Source: an uncultured Owenweeksia sp. (lineage in GTDB: Bacteria; Bacteroidota; Bacteroidia; Flavobacteriales; Schleiferiaceae). From it: 64,000 bases of DNA. The number at the start of each line of letters is the position of its first letter. Within the stretch, counting starts at the first letter, position 1. Below, one piece after another: positions 7,800 through 16,889 of this stretch. The stretch covers positions 305 to 64,304 of the forward strand of contig CAYYWL010000003.1 in NCBI GenBank assembly GCA_964475135.1, read 5' to 3'. The translations under genes and the position numbers were made by a program. Under the pieces are notes generated by a model. That model worked only from the letters and a program-made list of their open reading frames with translations, did no database searches and had not been told where the DNA came from.

Positions 7800-9846
7800 T
7801 GCGGTTGCTCTCTGGTTGCTAGCTGCTGGTGCGGCGAATGCCCAGGTGCGCGACAGCGTCGTCGCTATTGACGAGGTTGTGGTGCGTTCTGAAGCTCCAG
7901 ATGCGGTAGTTCAGGCGCGTTCCGCCACCCTTACCACCTCGATTGGGAAGGGCGAACTCAAGAAAGCCGCCTGCTGCAACCTGTCAGAGAGCTTTGAAAC
8001 CAATCCGTCGATTGACGCAGCGTTTACAGATGCCGTGACGGGGACGCGCCAAATTCAGTTGCTCGGACTCGACGGAAAGTACGCGCAGATTCAGACTGAA
8101 ATGACTCCGCTCGTGCGCGGTTTGCTCGCCAACAGTGGGCTGCAGTTTATACCCGGAACCTGGGTCGAAGGCATTCAGCTGACCAAGGGAATTGGTGCCG
8201 CAACTAACGGATTTGAAAGCATGACCGGCCAAGTCAACGTCGAACTGATTAAGCCCGACGAAGGAATTAGCGCCGAAAACCCGCGTCGCGCCAGCGCCAA
8301 TGCCTACCTCAATAATGCAGGCCGTATGGAGCTCAATGGCGACTACGCGCAGCGACTCAGCTCCAAGTGGACCGTTGGAACTCTACTGCACGCCAACCAA
8401 ACCCGCTGGTTTCGGGACATGAACATGGATGGCTTTGCCGACAACGCGCTGGGGGGTCAACTCAACGGCATGCTCCGCGCGCGCTACTGGGGACAAAACG
8501 GCTGGGAGGGAATTTTTACCCTGCACGGATTGCAAGACACCCGTGAAGGTGGACAGCTAGGAGCTGACGCGCCGAGCGTAGCTTGGACCTCGTCTGTCGC
8601 CCAAAAACGCACCGCATTTACCTCAAAAACAGGATGGGTTAACCCCGACGATCCCGACATGAGTGTGGGCATTATTGTGCATGCCTACCAGCAGTCTTTG
8701 GATGCGCGCCTTGGGCCATTGGACCTCGCCCAAAGTCAGATTCTCGAAGGAGACCAACGCGGCGGGATGGCACAGGTTCTCATTCGCGAAGGTGGCATGA
8801 AGTGGTCCCAGACTTCAGGGGTGAGTTGGTCGCTCGACCGGTACGTGACCGACTGGCACCACCCGGGCCTGGCCCACGACGATGCATGGGTCGAATCGGC
8901 TCCGGGGGTGTTCAGCGAATGGACGTTTGAGCCCTCACCAAAGTTCACCGCCGTACTGGGTGCCCGCGCAGACTACCACTCGATTGCGGGGCTTCAGTAC
9001 AGCCCAAGGTTTCACCTCAGGTACGCACCCACTCCTCGATTTACCATTCGCGGTGGCTACGGACGCGGATTCCGCATGGCGATGCCCGCCGTCGAGTCAT
9101 TGGGCAGGTTTGCGAGCGCCCGAACCGTAAACCACGCAGTGAATCCTTGGGGCAGCCCTCAGAACATTGAATCCGGAACCACAGCCAGCCTATCTGGAGT
9201 TTGGAACTACGTCCACAACTACTATCCCGGAAGCGTTGTGTTCGACGCCCAAATCAGCAACCTCGACCGGGCCGTGCTGCTCGACTTTTACCAGTCTGCC
9301 ACCGAAGTCTTCTTTTACCAATCCACCATGACGGCCCGAAGCGCAAGCCTACAATGGGAGCATCAGTTTTCGAAAAACTGGAAGGCCCGCGCCGCCTATC
9401 GGGTTCAAGATGTACGCGGATCCTACTTCGGAGTTTGGGATGCGGTTCCATACGTGTCGCCACGTCGGGCGATGCTTCATGCCGAGTACCAGTTCCGCCA
9501 AAAGTGGTTTGCAAACGCCACTTGGCAGCACTATGCGGGAATGCATCTGCCTCTAGGTCCCGGCGGCGTAGTTCGCAGCATCAGTCCGGACTTTGCCCTG
9601 CTCCACCTTCACCTCCGTCGGGATCTGCCGTGGGGTGACGCATACATTGGCGTTGAAAACTCCCTCAATGTGCGCCAAGCCGAGCCGATTGCCGGAGTCA
9701 TCGATCACCTTGACAACCACCGGTTTATCGGAGCCGACGAGTACGCATTTATGGCCAATTTTGACGCTACCCGCGTATGGGGGCCAATTTTTGGCCGAAT
9801 GGTTTACCTTGGCATCAACCTTGCCTTGATGGGTAGCGATGACTGA
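7789..9846 (+). CDS. TonB-dependent receptor (metal-associated subtype with a CC motif)
   Basis: The track ORF starts at 7699. The ATG at 7789 gives MRTSAVALWLLAAGAANAQ (signal peptide) and overlaps the HMA stop. It has a plug-like N-terminus with KKAACCNLSESFETNPSID and a C-terminal beta-barrel-like sequence. Confidence 0.8.
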   Translation: MRTSAVALWLLAAGAANAQVRDSVVAIDEVVVRSEAPDAVVQARSATLTTSIGKGELKKAACCNLSESFETNPSIDAAFTDAVTGTRQIQLLGLDGKYAQIQTEMTPLVRGLLANSGLQFIPGTWVEGIQLTKGIGAATNGFESMTGQVNVELIKPDEGISAENPRRASANAYLNNAGRMELNGDYAQRLSSKWTVGTLLHANQTRWFRDMNMDGFADNALGGQLNGMLRARYWGQNGWEGIFTLHGLQDTREGGQLGADAPSVAWTSSVAQKRTAFTSKTGWVNPDDPDMSVGIIVHAYQQSLDARLGPLDLAQSQILEGDQRGGMAQVLIREGGMKWSQTSGVSWSLDRYVTDWHHPGLAHDDAWVESAPGVFSEWTFEPSPKFTAVLGARADYHSIAGLQYSPRFHLRYAPTPRFTIRGGYGRGFRMAMPAVESLGRFASARTVNHAVNPWGSPQNIESGTTASLSGVWNYVHNYYPGSVVFDAQISNLDRAVLLDFYQSATEVFFYQSTMTARSASLQWEHQFSKNWKARAAYRVQDVRGSYFGVWDAVPYVSPRRAMLHAEYQFRQKWFANATWQHYAGMHLPLGPGGVVRSISPDFALLHLHLRRDLPWGDAYIGVENSLNVRQAEPIAGVIDHLDNHRFIGADEYAFMANFDATRVWGPIFGRMVYLGINLALMGSDD

Positions 9847-10513
9847 TTCTGTACTCCACTTGCGCGGCATTACCCGCGACTTTCAACTCGGCGCCCAAAC
9901 GGTGCACGTGCTTAAAGGAATTGACCTCGACATTGAGCGCGGTGCATATGTTGCACTGATGGGGCCTTCTGGTTCAGGTAAGTCTACGCTGATGAATATT
10001 TTGGGCTGCCTTGATACTCCAACTGCCGGGACCTACGTGCTAGCCGGGCGCGACGTCAGCAGAATGGCCGAGGCCGAACTTGCGGCGGTTCGCAACCAAG
10101 AAATCGGATTCGTATTTCAAACGTTTAATCTGATTCCGCGCCAAACAGCCTTAGACAACGTCGCCCTGCCACTTGTGTACGCCGGAATCGGCAAAGAGGA
10201 ACGCCTCGACCGCGCCGCCGACGTGCTGCGCTCAGTAGGACTTGGCGACCGAATGGACCACCGCCCCAACCAACTTTCGGGCGGACAGCGCCAGCGCGTG
10301 GCTATTGCTCGGGCACTTGTCAACAAGCCTTCGCTCATCTTGGCCGACGAACCCACGGGTAACTTGGACTCGACGACCTCTGAAGAAATTATGCGTCTGT
10401 TTGACGACATTCACCAAGCCGGTAATACGCTGGTAGTCGTGACCCACGAAGAAGACATTGCGCAGCGCGCAAAGCGCATCATTCGCCTGCGCGACGGAAT
10501 CGTGGCGAACTGA
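9839..10513 (+). CDS. ABC transporter ATP-binding protein (MacB/LolD-type)
   Basis: Walker A GPSGSGKST, signature LSGGQRQRV and Walker B LILADEPT are present. The start overlaps the TBDR stop (ATGACTGA). Confidence 0.9.
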   Translation: MTDSVLHLRGITRDFQLGAQTVHVLKGIDLDIERGAYVALMGPSGSGKSTLMNILGCLDTPTAGTYVLAGRDVSRMAEAELAAVRNQEIGFVFQTFNLIPRQTALDNVALPLVYAGIGKEERLDRAADVLRSVGLGDRMDHRPNQLSGGQRQRVAIARALVNKPSLILADEPTGNLDSTTSEEIMRLFDDIHQAGNTLVVVTHEEDIAQRAKRIIRLRDGIVAN

Positions 10514-10542
10514 GCAGCGTCTCTGCGCGTTACCTTCGGAGT

Positions 10543-11934
10543 ATGACGCCATCGTTCACCTCCGAATTTCAGGTCCTCAAGGCCGCCGCCCCCCGTATTG
10601 CCTCGCTCCCTCTGAGCCACCGCCGCAACCGCCTCAAGGCATTGCGTGCAGAACTCATTCGCCGCCGCAGCGAGCTCCACGCCGCCATGCGGGCCGACCT
10701 GAACCGCCCCGAGGTAGACAGCGACCTCAACGAGCTGCTTCCGGTAAAGGATTCCATCGACCACGTGCTCGCCAACTTAAGCCGTTGGACGCGCACCGAC
10801 CGCTTGCCGTTGCCGTTGACGTTGATTCCGGGGCGTGCCGAAATCCACCACGAGCCCAAAGGGGTTGCCCTGATTGTGTCGCCGTGGAACTTTCCGGTGA
10901 ATTTGTGCCTGGTTCCGCTGGTGTACGCAGTTGGCGCCGGCAACACGGTATGCCTGAAGCCGAGTGAACTGGCGCCGGCATCCGCCGCATTCATTGCTTC
11001 GGTGGTCGCGGCTGTGTTTCCGCCCGACGAAGTCTGTGTGATCCAAGGCGATGTGAGTGTGGCCGTGGCCCTACTCGAGCAACCCTGGAACCATATATTC
11101 TTTACCGGCTCTCCCGGAGTCGGAAGCAAAGTGATGGCCGCCGCATCCAAGTACCTCGCGTCTGTTACCCTCGAGCTGGGTGGAAAATCGCCCGTATTCG
11201 TTCACGAAGGCTACGGCGCAGACGCCGCAGGGCGCCGCGTCGCATGGGCCAAAGGCCTCAACGCGGGCCAGGTCTGTATTGCGCCGGACTACGCACTGGT
11301 TCCGGCCGCCCAACGAGCAGACTTCATCCAAGGTTTTAAGGCGGGCGTGGCCAAGCACTACGGGGATTCCCCCGCGAGCAACCCCGACTGGGTGCGGATC
11401 ATCCAACCCCGCCACTGGGACCGCCTCAACGACTGGCTCCAAGAGGCCATCGCTGAAGGCGCCAAGGTGTGGCAGCCCGACGCGCCGGACCGCGACCGAC
11501 TCTACTTTCCGCCAACCCTCGTGTGGGACGCCCCGGAGCACCTTCAAGTCAGCTGCAGCGAAATCTTCGGGCCCATTCTGCCCGTGTTCACATATACTTC
11601 AACTGAAGATGCGCTGGCCCGCGTGAACGCAGGCCCCCAGCCCCTTGTACTGTACATCCTCGGCCACATGAAGTCCTGGACCGACCGCATCATTCGCGAG
11701 ACCCGAGCCGGTGGAACGGTCGTCAACGACTTCTACCTGCACTACATGCACCCCGAGCTTCCGTTTGGGGGTGTCAACAATTCCGGAATCGGTAAATCCC
11801 ACGGAATCTGGGGATTCCGCGAATTCAGCAACGCGCGGAGCGTGTACCGCCGCGGGCGCTTTGCCCCCACTATGCTTCTAACCCCGCCCTACAAAGGATG
11901 GGTGAAGAAGGTGGTGGGTTGGCTCGTAAGCTGA
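10543..11934 (+). CDS. Aldehyde dehydrogenase (class 3-like ALDH)
   Basis: LELGGKSP (catalytic Glu) and GQVCIAPDY (catalytic Cys) are present. 463 aa. Confidence 0.9.
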   Translation: MTPSFTSEFQVLKAAAPRIASLPLSHRRNRLKALRAELIRRRSELHAAMRADLNRPEVDSDLNELLPVKDSIDHVLANLSRWTRTDRLPLPLTLIPGRAEIHHEPKGVALIVSPWNFPVNLCLVPLVYAVGAGNTVCLKPSELAPASAAFIASVVAAVFPPDEVCVIQGDVSVAVALLEQPWNHIFFTGSPGVGSKVMAAASKYLASVTLELGGKSPVFVHEGYGADAAGRRVAWAKGLNAGQVCIAPDYALVPAAQRADFIQGFKAGVAKHYGDSPASNPDWVRIIQPRHWDRLNDWLQEAIAEGAKVWQPDAPDRDRLYFPPTLVWDAPEHLQVSCSEIFGPILPVFTYTSTEDALARVNAGPQPLVLYILGHMKSWTDRIIRETRAGGTVVNDFYLHYMHPELPFGGVNNSGIGKSHGIWGFREFSNARSVYRRGRFAPTMLLTPPYKGWVKKVVGWLVS

Positions 11935-11937
11935 GAC

Positions 11938-12022
11938 TGGCTCGTTAGCGAGGTTGGCCCATTAGCAATGGTTGGCTCGTTAGCGAGGTTGGCCCATTAG
12001 CAAGGTTGGCTAGTTGGTTGAC
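11938..12022. repeat. Tandem ~35-bp repeat (about 2.4 copies) of TGGCTCGTTAGCGAGGTTGGCCCATTAGCAA(T/A)GGT; left arm of a composite inverted structure
   Basis: Copies start at 11938, 11973 and (partial) 12007. A degenerate copy (TTGGCTCGTAAGC, 11919-11931) forms the last codons of the ALDH gene. Confidence 0.9.
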
Positions 12023-12084
12023 AAAAACTAGGTATTCCCAGCACCACGGCCAGACAGAAATACCCTCAAGCAAATGCTCAAATC

Positions 12085-12207
12085 TTAGCTAGTATCAGCC
12101 AATTTCAGCTAGTCTCAGCCAATTTCAGCTTGTCTCAGCCAACGAGCCAATCTCAGCTAGTTTCAGCCAACGAGCCAATCTCAGCTAACCTTGCTAGTCT
12201 CAGCTAA
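12085..12207. repeat. Tandem 20-bp (x2) and 28-bp (x2) repeats; right arm, roughly the reverse complement of the left arm
   Basis: TCAGCCAATTTCAGCT(A/T)GTC occurs at 12096 and 12116. TCAGCCAACGAGCCAATCTCAGCTA occurs at 12136 and 12164. The reverse complement GCTGAGATTGGCTCGTTGGCTGA resembles GCTGAGACTGGCTCGTTAGCGA at 11929. Confidence 0.85.
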
Positions 12208-15000
12208 CTAGAGTTCGCGCTGCACCTCGACCTCCTTGAAGCCTTCGACGATGTCGCCGACTTTGATGTCGTTGTAGTTGTTGATGTTCAAACCACAGTC
12301 GAGGCCCTTTTTGACTTCGCGGACGTCGTCCTTAAAGCGCTTGAGGGAACCGAGTTCGCCCGTATACTGAACCACTCCGTCGCGAATGACGCGGACGCGG
12401 GTGTTGCGGGTGATGACTCCGTCCATGACCATACAGCCGGCGATGGTGCCCACCTTGCTGATTTTGAAGGTCTCACGAACTTCGATGGTACAGGTGATTT
12501 CTTCTTTGACGTCGGGCGACAGAAGTCCAGACATGGCGTCTTTGATGTCGTTGATGGCGTCGTAGATAATGCTGTAGAGGCGAATCTCGATGTCTTCTTT
12601 CTCGGCCAACTTGCGGGCTGAAGCGGCAGGACGGACTTGGAATCCGACGATGATGGCTCCCGAAGCTGAGGCTAGAAGGACGTCTGAATCGGTGATTCCG
12701 CCCACGGCCTTGTGGATGATGTTGACCTGAATTTCTTCAGTGCTGAGGCGCTGAAGTGAGTCGGCAAGTGCCTCAATCGAACCGTCCACGTCGCCTTTGA
12801 GGACGATGTTGAGCTCCTTGAAGTCTCCGACGGCCAGACGGCGTCCGATTTCTTCGAGGGTGAGGTTCTTCTGAGAGCGTACACTTTGCTCGCGAGCAAG
12901 CTGCTGGCGGCGCGTGGCGATTTGCTTGGCTTCGCGCTCGTCTTCAAAGACGGCGAAGTTATCACCGGCGGTGGGGGCTCCGTCCAATCCGAGGATCGAT
13001 ACGGGAACCGCGGGACCCGCAATGTCAATCTTGTGACCGCGTTCGTCCATCATAGCGCGGACCTTGCCGCTGAATTGGCCGACGAGTATGAAGTCTCCGA
13101 CGCGCAGCGATCCGTTTTGAACCAAAAGCGTAGTGACGTAGCCACGGCCCTTGTCGAGGGTGGCCTCGATTACGGTTCCTTTTGCGAGGCGGTTGGGGTT
13201 TGCTTTAAGGTCGAGAATTTCGGCTTCGAGCAGTACTTTTTCAAGGAGCTTGTCGACGTTGAGACCCTGCTTGGCAGAAATGTCCTGCGACTGGATTTTG
13301 CCGCCCCAGTCTTCGACGAGGAGGTTCATTCCGGCGAGTTGCTCTTTGATGCGCTCGGGGTTGGCGTCTGGACGGTCAATCTTGTTGATTGCGAATACGA
13401 TCGGAACACCTGCCGCTTGGGCGTGGCTGATGGCTTCCTTGGTCTGGGGCATCACAGAGTCGTCTGCCGAAACCACGATAATGGCGATATCGGTAACCTG
13501 AGCTCCGCGGGCACGCATGGCCGTAAAGGCCTCGTGACCTGGAGTATCGAGGAAGGTGATGTGCTGTCCGTCAGCGAGTTGAACACTGTAGGCACCGATG
13601 TGCTGGGTGATTCCGCCCGCTTCACCAGCGATAACGTTGGCTTTGCGGATGTAGTCCAGAAGCGACGTTTTACCGTGGTCTACGTGGCCCATTACGGTGA
13701 CGATCGGAGAGCGTGGTGAGAGGTTTGCTTCGTCTTCTTGCTCATCAGCCAAAGCATCTTGAACTTCTTCGTCGACAAATAAGACGTCAAATCCGAATTC
13801 GTCGGCGACGATCGTAAGGGTTTCTTTGTCAAGGCGCTGGTTGAGCGACGCCATGATTCCGAGCGACATACACGTAGAAATTACCTCGGTCGGGGTCACT
13901 TTCATCATGTTTGCGACCTCGAGGAGGGTTACGAACTCCGTGAGCTTGAGGACCTTTTCGCCCTCTTGACGCTCGAGTTCAGCCATTTCGCGGGCTTCTG
14001 CACGCTCTGCACGCTTGTCGCGGCGAATCTTAGATCCCTTGGATTTGCGGCCACCGCCGAGCTTCTCAAGGGTCTCTTTAATCTTGCGCTGGATGTCCTC
14101 CTGACTGACTTCGCGCGGAGCGCCTCCGCCTTGAGGTCCACCTGGGCCACGCTGACCTGGGCCGCGCTGGCCTCCTGGGCCGCGTTGGCCTCCTGGACCA
14201 CGCTGGAAGCCAGCTTGACCGGGTCCGCCGACACTTGCAGCGCCGGTGGTCGTGCGACCTCCGCCTGAAGCGGGCTTTTGAAGGCCTTCAGTCTTGATGC
14301 GCTTGCGCTGACCAGCCGCTGATGGCTTCTTGGCAAACTGAGAAAGGTCGATGACCTGACCTGTCATTTTGGGACCGTCGAGCTTCTGGTACTGCGTCTC
14401 GTGGTGCGAAGACTCAAGGGATTCGGGCGCTGAAGCCTCTTCGGGTTTAGCCTCAGAAGGAGCAGCTGTAGACACCGCAGATTCGGGAGCCTTAGGCACT
14501 TCTGCTTCAGCCGCAACCTTTACTGCTTGAGCTGGGGCCTCAGGGGCCTTCACTGCGGGAGCTGGCGCCGGAGCCTCAGGAGCCTTAACGGGCTCAACCA
14601 CGGCAGCGGGAGCTGCGGATGCGGCAGGCGCAGCAGGTACAGAGGCCGGTACCTCGACCGCGGCGGGCGCAGCAGGCTTCTTGGGAGACAATTCAATCTT
14701 ACCGGCCACCTTTGGACCCGTAAGGGTTGCGGTGGCACGAATGACTTCAGGCTTCTTTTGTTCGCGCTCGGCCTGAATGGCCTCCTTTTCTTCGCGCTTT
14801 TTCTGAATGAGCGTTTCGGCCTTGTCTTTAGACGACTTGTCGGTGGCGAATTGCTGCGTCAGCAGATCGTACTGGGCTTGATCAATCTTGGCGTTGCGGT
14901 TGCGATCTACCTCTTGACCTTTGGTGGCCAAGAAGTCAACGGCGGTATCCAAGCCGATGTTCAGCTCGCTAAGTACTTTACTGATGCGGATGGTGCTCAT
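12208..15000 (-). CDS. infB: Translation initiation factor IF-2
   Basis: GTPase motifs [20 protein letters not shown] and NKID are present, with a long Ala/Pro/Glu- and PGGQRG-rich N-terminal region. 930 aa, downstream of nusA. Confidence 0.97.
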   Translation of the reverse strand: MSTIRISKVLSELNIGLDTAVDFLATKGQEVDRNRNAKIDQAQYDLLTQQFATDKSSKDKAETLIQKKREEKEAIQAEREQKKPEVIRATATLTGPKVAGKIELSPKKPAAPAAVEVPASVPAAPAASAAPAAVVEPVKAPEAPAPAPAVKAPEAPAQAVKVAAEAEVPKAPESAVSTAAPSEAKPEEASAPESLESSHHETQYQKLDGPKMTGQVIDLSQFAKKPSAAGQRKRIKTEGLQKPASGGGRTTTGAASVGGPGQAGFQRGPGGQRGPGGQRGPGQRGPGGPQGGGAPREVSQEDIQRKIKETLEKLGGGRKSKGSKIRRDKRAERAEAREMAELERQEGEKVLKLTEFVTLLEVANMMKVTPTEVISTCMSLGIMASLNQRLDKETLTIVADEFGFDVLFVDEEVQDALADEQEDEANLSPRSPIVTVMGHVDHGKTSLLDYIRKANVIAGEAGGITQHIGAYSVQLADGQHITFLDTPGHEAFTAMRARGAQVTDIAIIVVSADDSVMPQTKEAISHAQAAGVPIVFAINKIDRPDANPERIKEQLAGMNLLVEDWGGKIQSQDISAKQGLNVDKLLEKVLLEAEILDLKANPNRLAKGTVIEATLDKGRGYVTTLLVQNGSLRVGDFILVGQFSGKVRAMMDERGHKIDIAGPAVPVSILGLDGAPTAGDNFAVFEDEREAKQIATRRQQLAREQSVRSQKNLTLEEIGRRLAVGDFKELNIVLKGDVDGSIEALADSLQRLSTEEIQVNIIHKAVGGITDSDVLLASASGAIIVGFQVRPAASARKLAEKEDIEIRLYSIIYDAINDIKDAMSGLLSPDVKEEITCTIEVRETFKISKVGTIAGCMVMDGVITRNTRVRVIRDGVVQYTGELGSLKRFKDDVREVKKGLDCGLNINNYNDIKVGDIVEGFKEVEVQREL

Positions 15001-15058
15001 AGGCGCAAAGGTCGGGACTATTTAAATAATGTAGGTGGAGTTGGCAAAAAAGCGTGGC

Positions 15059-16303
15059 TTATTCGGCTTCAAACTCCTTTTTGAGGATGTTGCGGACATC
15101 CTGTACCGTCTCGACTTCGAGGTCGGCACGGCGGGCTATGTCTTCTACTTCAGCGCGGAGTACGGACTTCGCCGTATCGTAGCCTCCGTTGCGAAGCTGG
15201 TCGATGACCCATGCTTCGATTTCGTCACTGAACTCGAGGAGCTCAACGTCTTCTTCTTGAACCACATCTTCGCGGTACACGTCGATTTCGTAGTCGTTGA
15301 GCTTGCTGGCCAAGCGGATGTTGGTTCCGCCGCGACCGATGGCTAGAGAAACCTGATCTGCAGGCAAGTAGACATCTGCATGGCGACGCTCCTCATCAAG
15401 AACCATGTTGGTGATTTTGGCGGGCGACAGGGCGCGCTGGATCATCAACTGAATGTTGTTCGTGTAGTTGATCACGTCGATGTTCTCGCCGCGAAGCTCG
15501 CGAACGATTCCATGAATGCGCGAGCCCTTCATACCCACGCAGGCTCCGACAGGGTCGATGCGGTCGTCGTACGACTCCACGGCAACCTTTGCCTTTTCGC
15601 CCGGAATCCGAACGACTTTCTTGACAGTGATGATTCCATCCAAAACTTCAGGAATCTCAGCTTCGAATAGCTTAGCCATGAATTCTTCAGACGTACGGCT
15701 GAGCAGGATGAATGGCTTGGTTCCGCGAACCTCTACAAGCTTAACCACTGCGCGTACCGTGTCGCCCTTGCGGTAAAAGTCCTTTTCAGGAATCATGTCT
15801 TCGCGGCGCAGGATCAGTTCGTTCTGCTGGTCGTCGTAAATGATGAGCTCGCGGTGGCGCACGTGGTGCACTTCGCCGCTGATGATCTCACCTTCCATGG
15901 TTTTGTAGCGCTTGAAGAGCTCACCTGAGTCGTGCTCTTGAACCTTCTGAACAAGGGTCTGGCGGAAGGCCAAGATGAAGCGACGTCCGAGGTCGATGAT
16001 TTTGATTTCTTCAGAAACTTCTTCACCGACTTCAAAGTCGGGCTCGATTCTAAGGGCGGCCGAAAGTGCGATTTCGAGGTTGTCGTCCTCGACGGCTCCG
16101 TCCTCGACGATGGTGCGGTTGCGCCAGATTTCGAGGTCGCCTTTGTCGGGGTTGACGATGACGTCAAAATTTTCGTCGGTACCGTACTTCTTGCGAATTT
16201 GCACGCGGAACGCCTCTTCGATGAACGACATGAGGGTTACGCGGTCAATGCTCTTTTCGTCTTTGAACTCGCCGAAGGATTCGATGATGGCTAGATTTTC
16301 CAT
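15059..16303 (-). CDS. nusA: Transcription termination/antitermination factor NusA
   Basis: 414 aa with the S1/KH-type sequence (GACVGMKGSRI, AIGRGGTNIRLA) in the classical rimP-nusA-infB order. Confidence 0.95.
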   Translation of the reverse strand: MENLAIIESFGEFKDEKSIDRVTLMSFIEEAFRVQIRKKYGTDENFDVIVNPDKGDLEIWRNRTIVEDGAVEDDNLEIALSAALRIEPDFEVGEEVSEEIKIIDLGRRFILAFRQTLVQKVQEHDSGELFKRYKTMEGEIISGEVHHVRHRELIIYDDQQNELILRREDMIPEKDFYRKGDTVRAVVKLVEVRGTKPFILLSRTSEEFMAKLFEAEIPEVLDGIITVKKVVRIPGEKAKVAVESYDDRIDPVGACVGMKGSRIHGIVRELRGENIDVINYTNNIQLMIQRALSPAKITNMVLDEERRHADVYLPADQVSLAIGRGGTNIRLASKLNDYEIDVYREDVVQEEDVELLEFSDEIEAWVIDQLRNGGYDTAKSVLRAEVEDIARRADLEVETVQDVRNILKKEFEAE

Positions 16304-16324
16304 AGCAACTTAAACGTGAGGAAC

Positions 16325-16789
16325 TTAGAATTTAAAGTCTAGGGTGATGCTGGACAGTTCCGCCAGCGGGATTTGGGTTTGCGTCGTCTGATCCATTTTG
16401 CCTTTACCGACCGTCTTGGGGACGCGCTCGGTGCGCTCCAGCGTAATGCTCGTACCGTCGAAGGCGGCGAGCTTACCCTTGTCCTTTTGGCCGTCCAAAA
16501 GCTTGACCACGACCTCGCGTCCGAGGTTCTTGCGGTACTGGGCGTCTACCTTAAATGGGGTAAACATTCCAGGTGAAGATACCTCGATGGCGTAGTTTTC
16601 AGACTCTTCGCCAAGCGCGGATTCAATCGCGCGGCTGATCGTCTTGATTTGCGCCAAGTTGATGTGCCCCTCGTTGAGGTCGGCATGTACCTTGATGTCG
16701 TTGGTGGCGCTCAGGCTTACCTCTACGGCAAAGGCGTCCAACCCCTGAAGGGTCGTGTCAACCAGCTGCTGCAGTTCGTGTTGGGTCAT
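16325..16789 (-). CDS. rimP: Ribosome maturation factor RimP
   Basis: 154 aa, immediately upstream of nusA on the same strand. The sequence (IEVSSPG...) is typical of RimP. Confidence 0.85.
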   Translation of the reverse strand: MTQHELQQLVDTTLQGLDAFAVEVSLSATNDIKVHADLNEGHINLAQIKTISRAIESALGEESENYAIEVSSPGMFTPFKVDAQYRKNLGREVVVKLLDGQKDKGKLAAFDGTSITLERTERVPKTVGKGKMDQTTQTQIPLAELSSITLDFKF

Positions 16790-16813
16790 GTGGGCGTACT
16801 TAAAAAAACCTTT

Positions 16814-16852
16814 AAAAATAGTCGAGGGGACTTTGTGGGTCCCCTCGATTTT
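16814..16852 (-). terminator. Intrinsic terminator after the TBDR gene (usable on both strands)
   Basis: A 10-bp stem TCGAGGGGAC/GTCCCCTCGA (16822-16831 / 16839-16848) has T-runs on both sides. Confidence 0.75.
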
Positions 16853-16889
16853 GGATTCAGAAAGCGTTGCAAAGATACGCAGGGTTTAT

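Noticed and set aside
12096-12190. Possible CRISPR array, because of regularly spaced direct repeats
   Set aside because: The units are 20-28 bp and directly abut one another without unique spacers. No cas genes are nearby. This is a tandem repeat, not a CRISPR array.
13929-14700. Low-complexity DNA and protein repeats (PGGQRG x3, APEAPA-type runs) in the 5' third of infB
   Set aside because: The N-terminal region of IF-2 is characteristically low-complexity and variable in length. The reading frame is intact, so nothing anomalous is needed to explain it.
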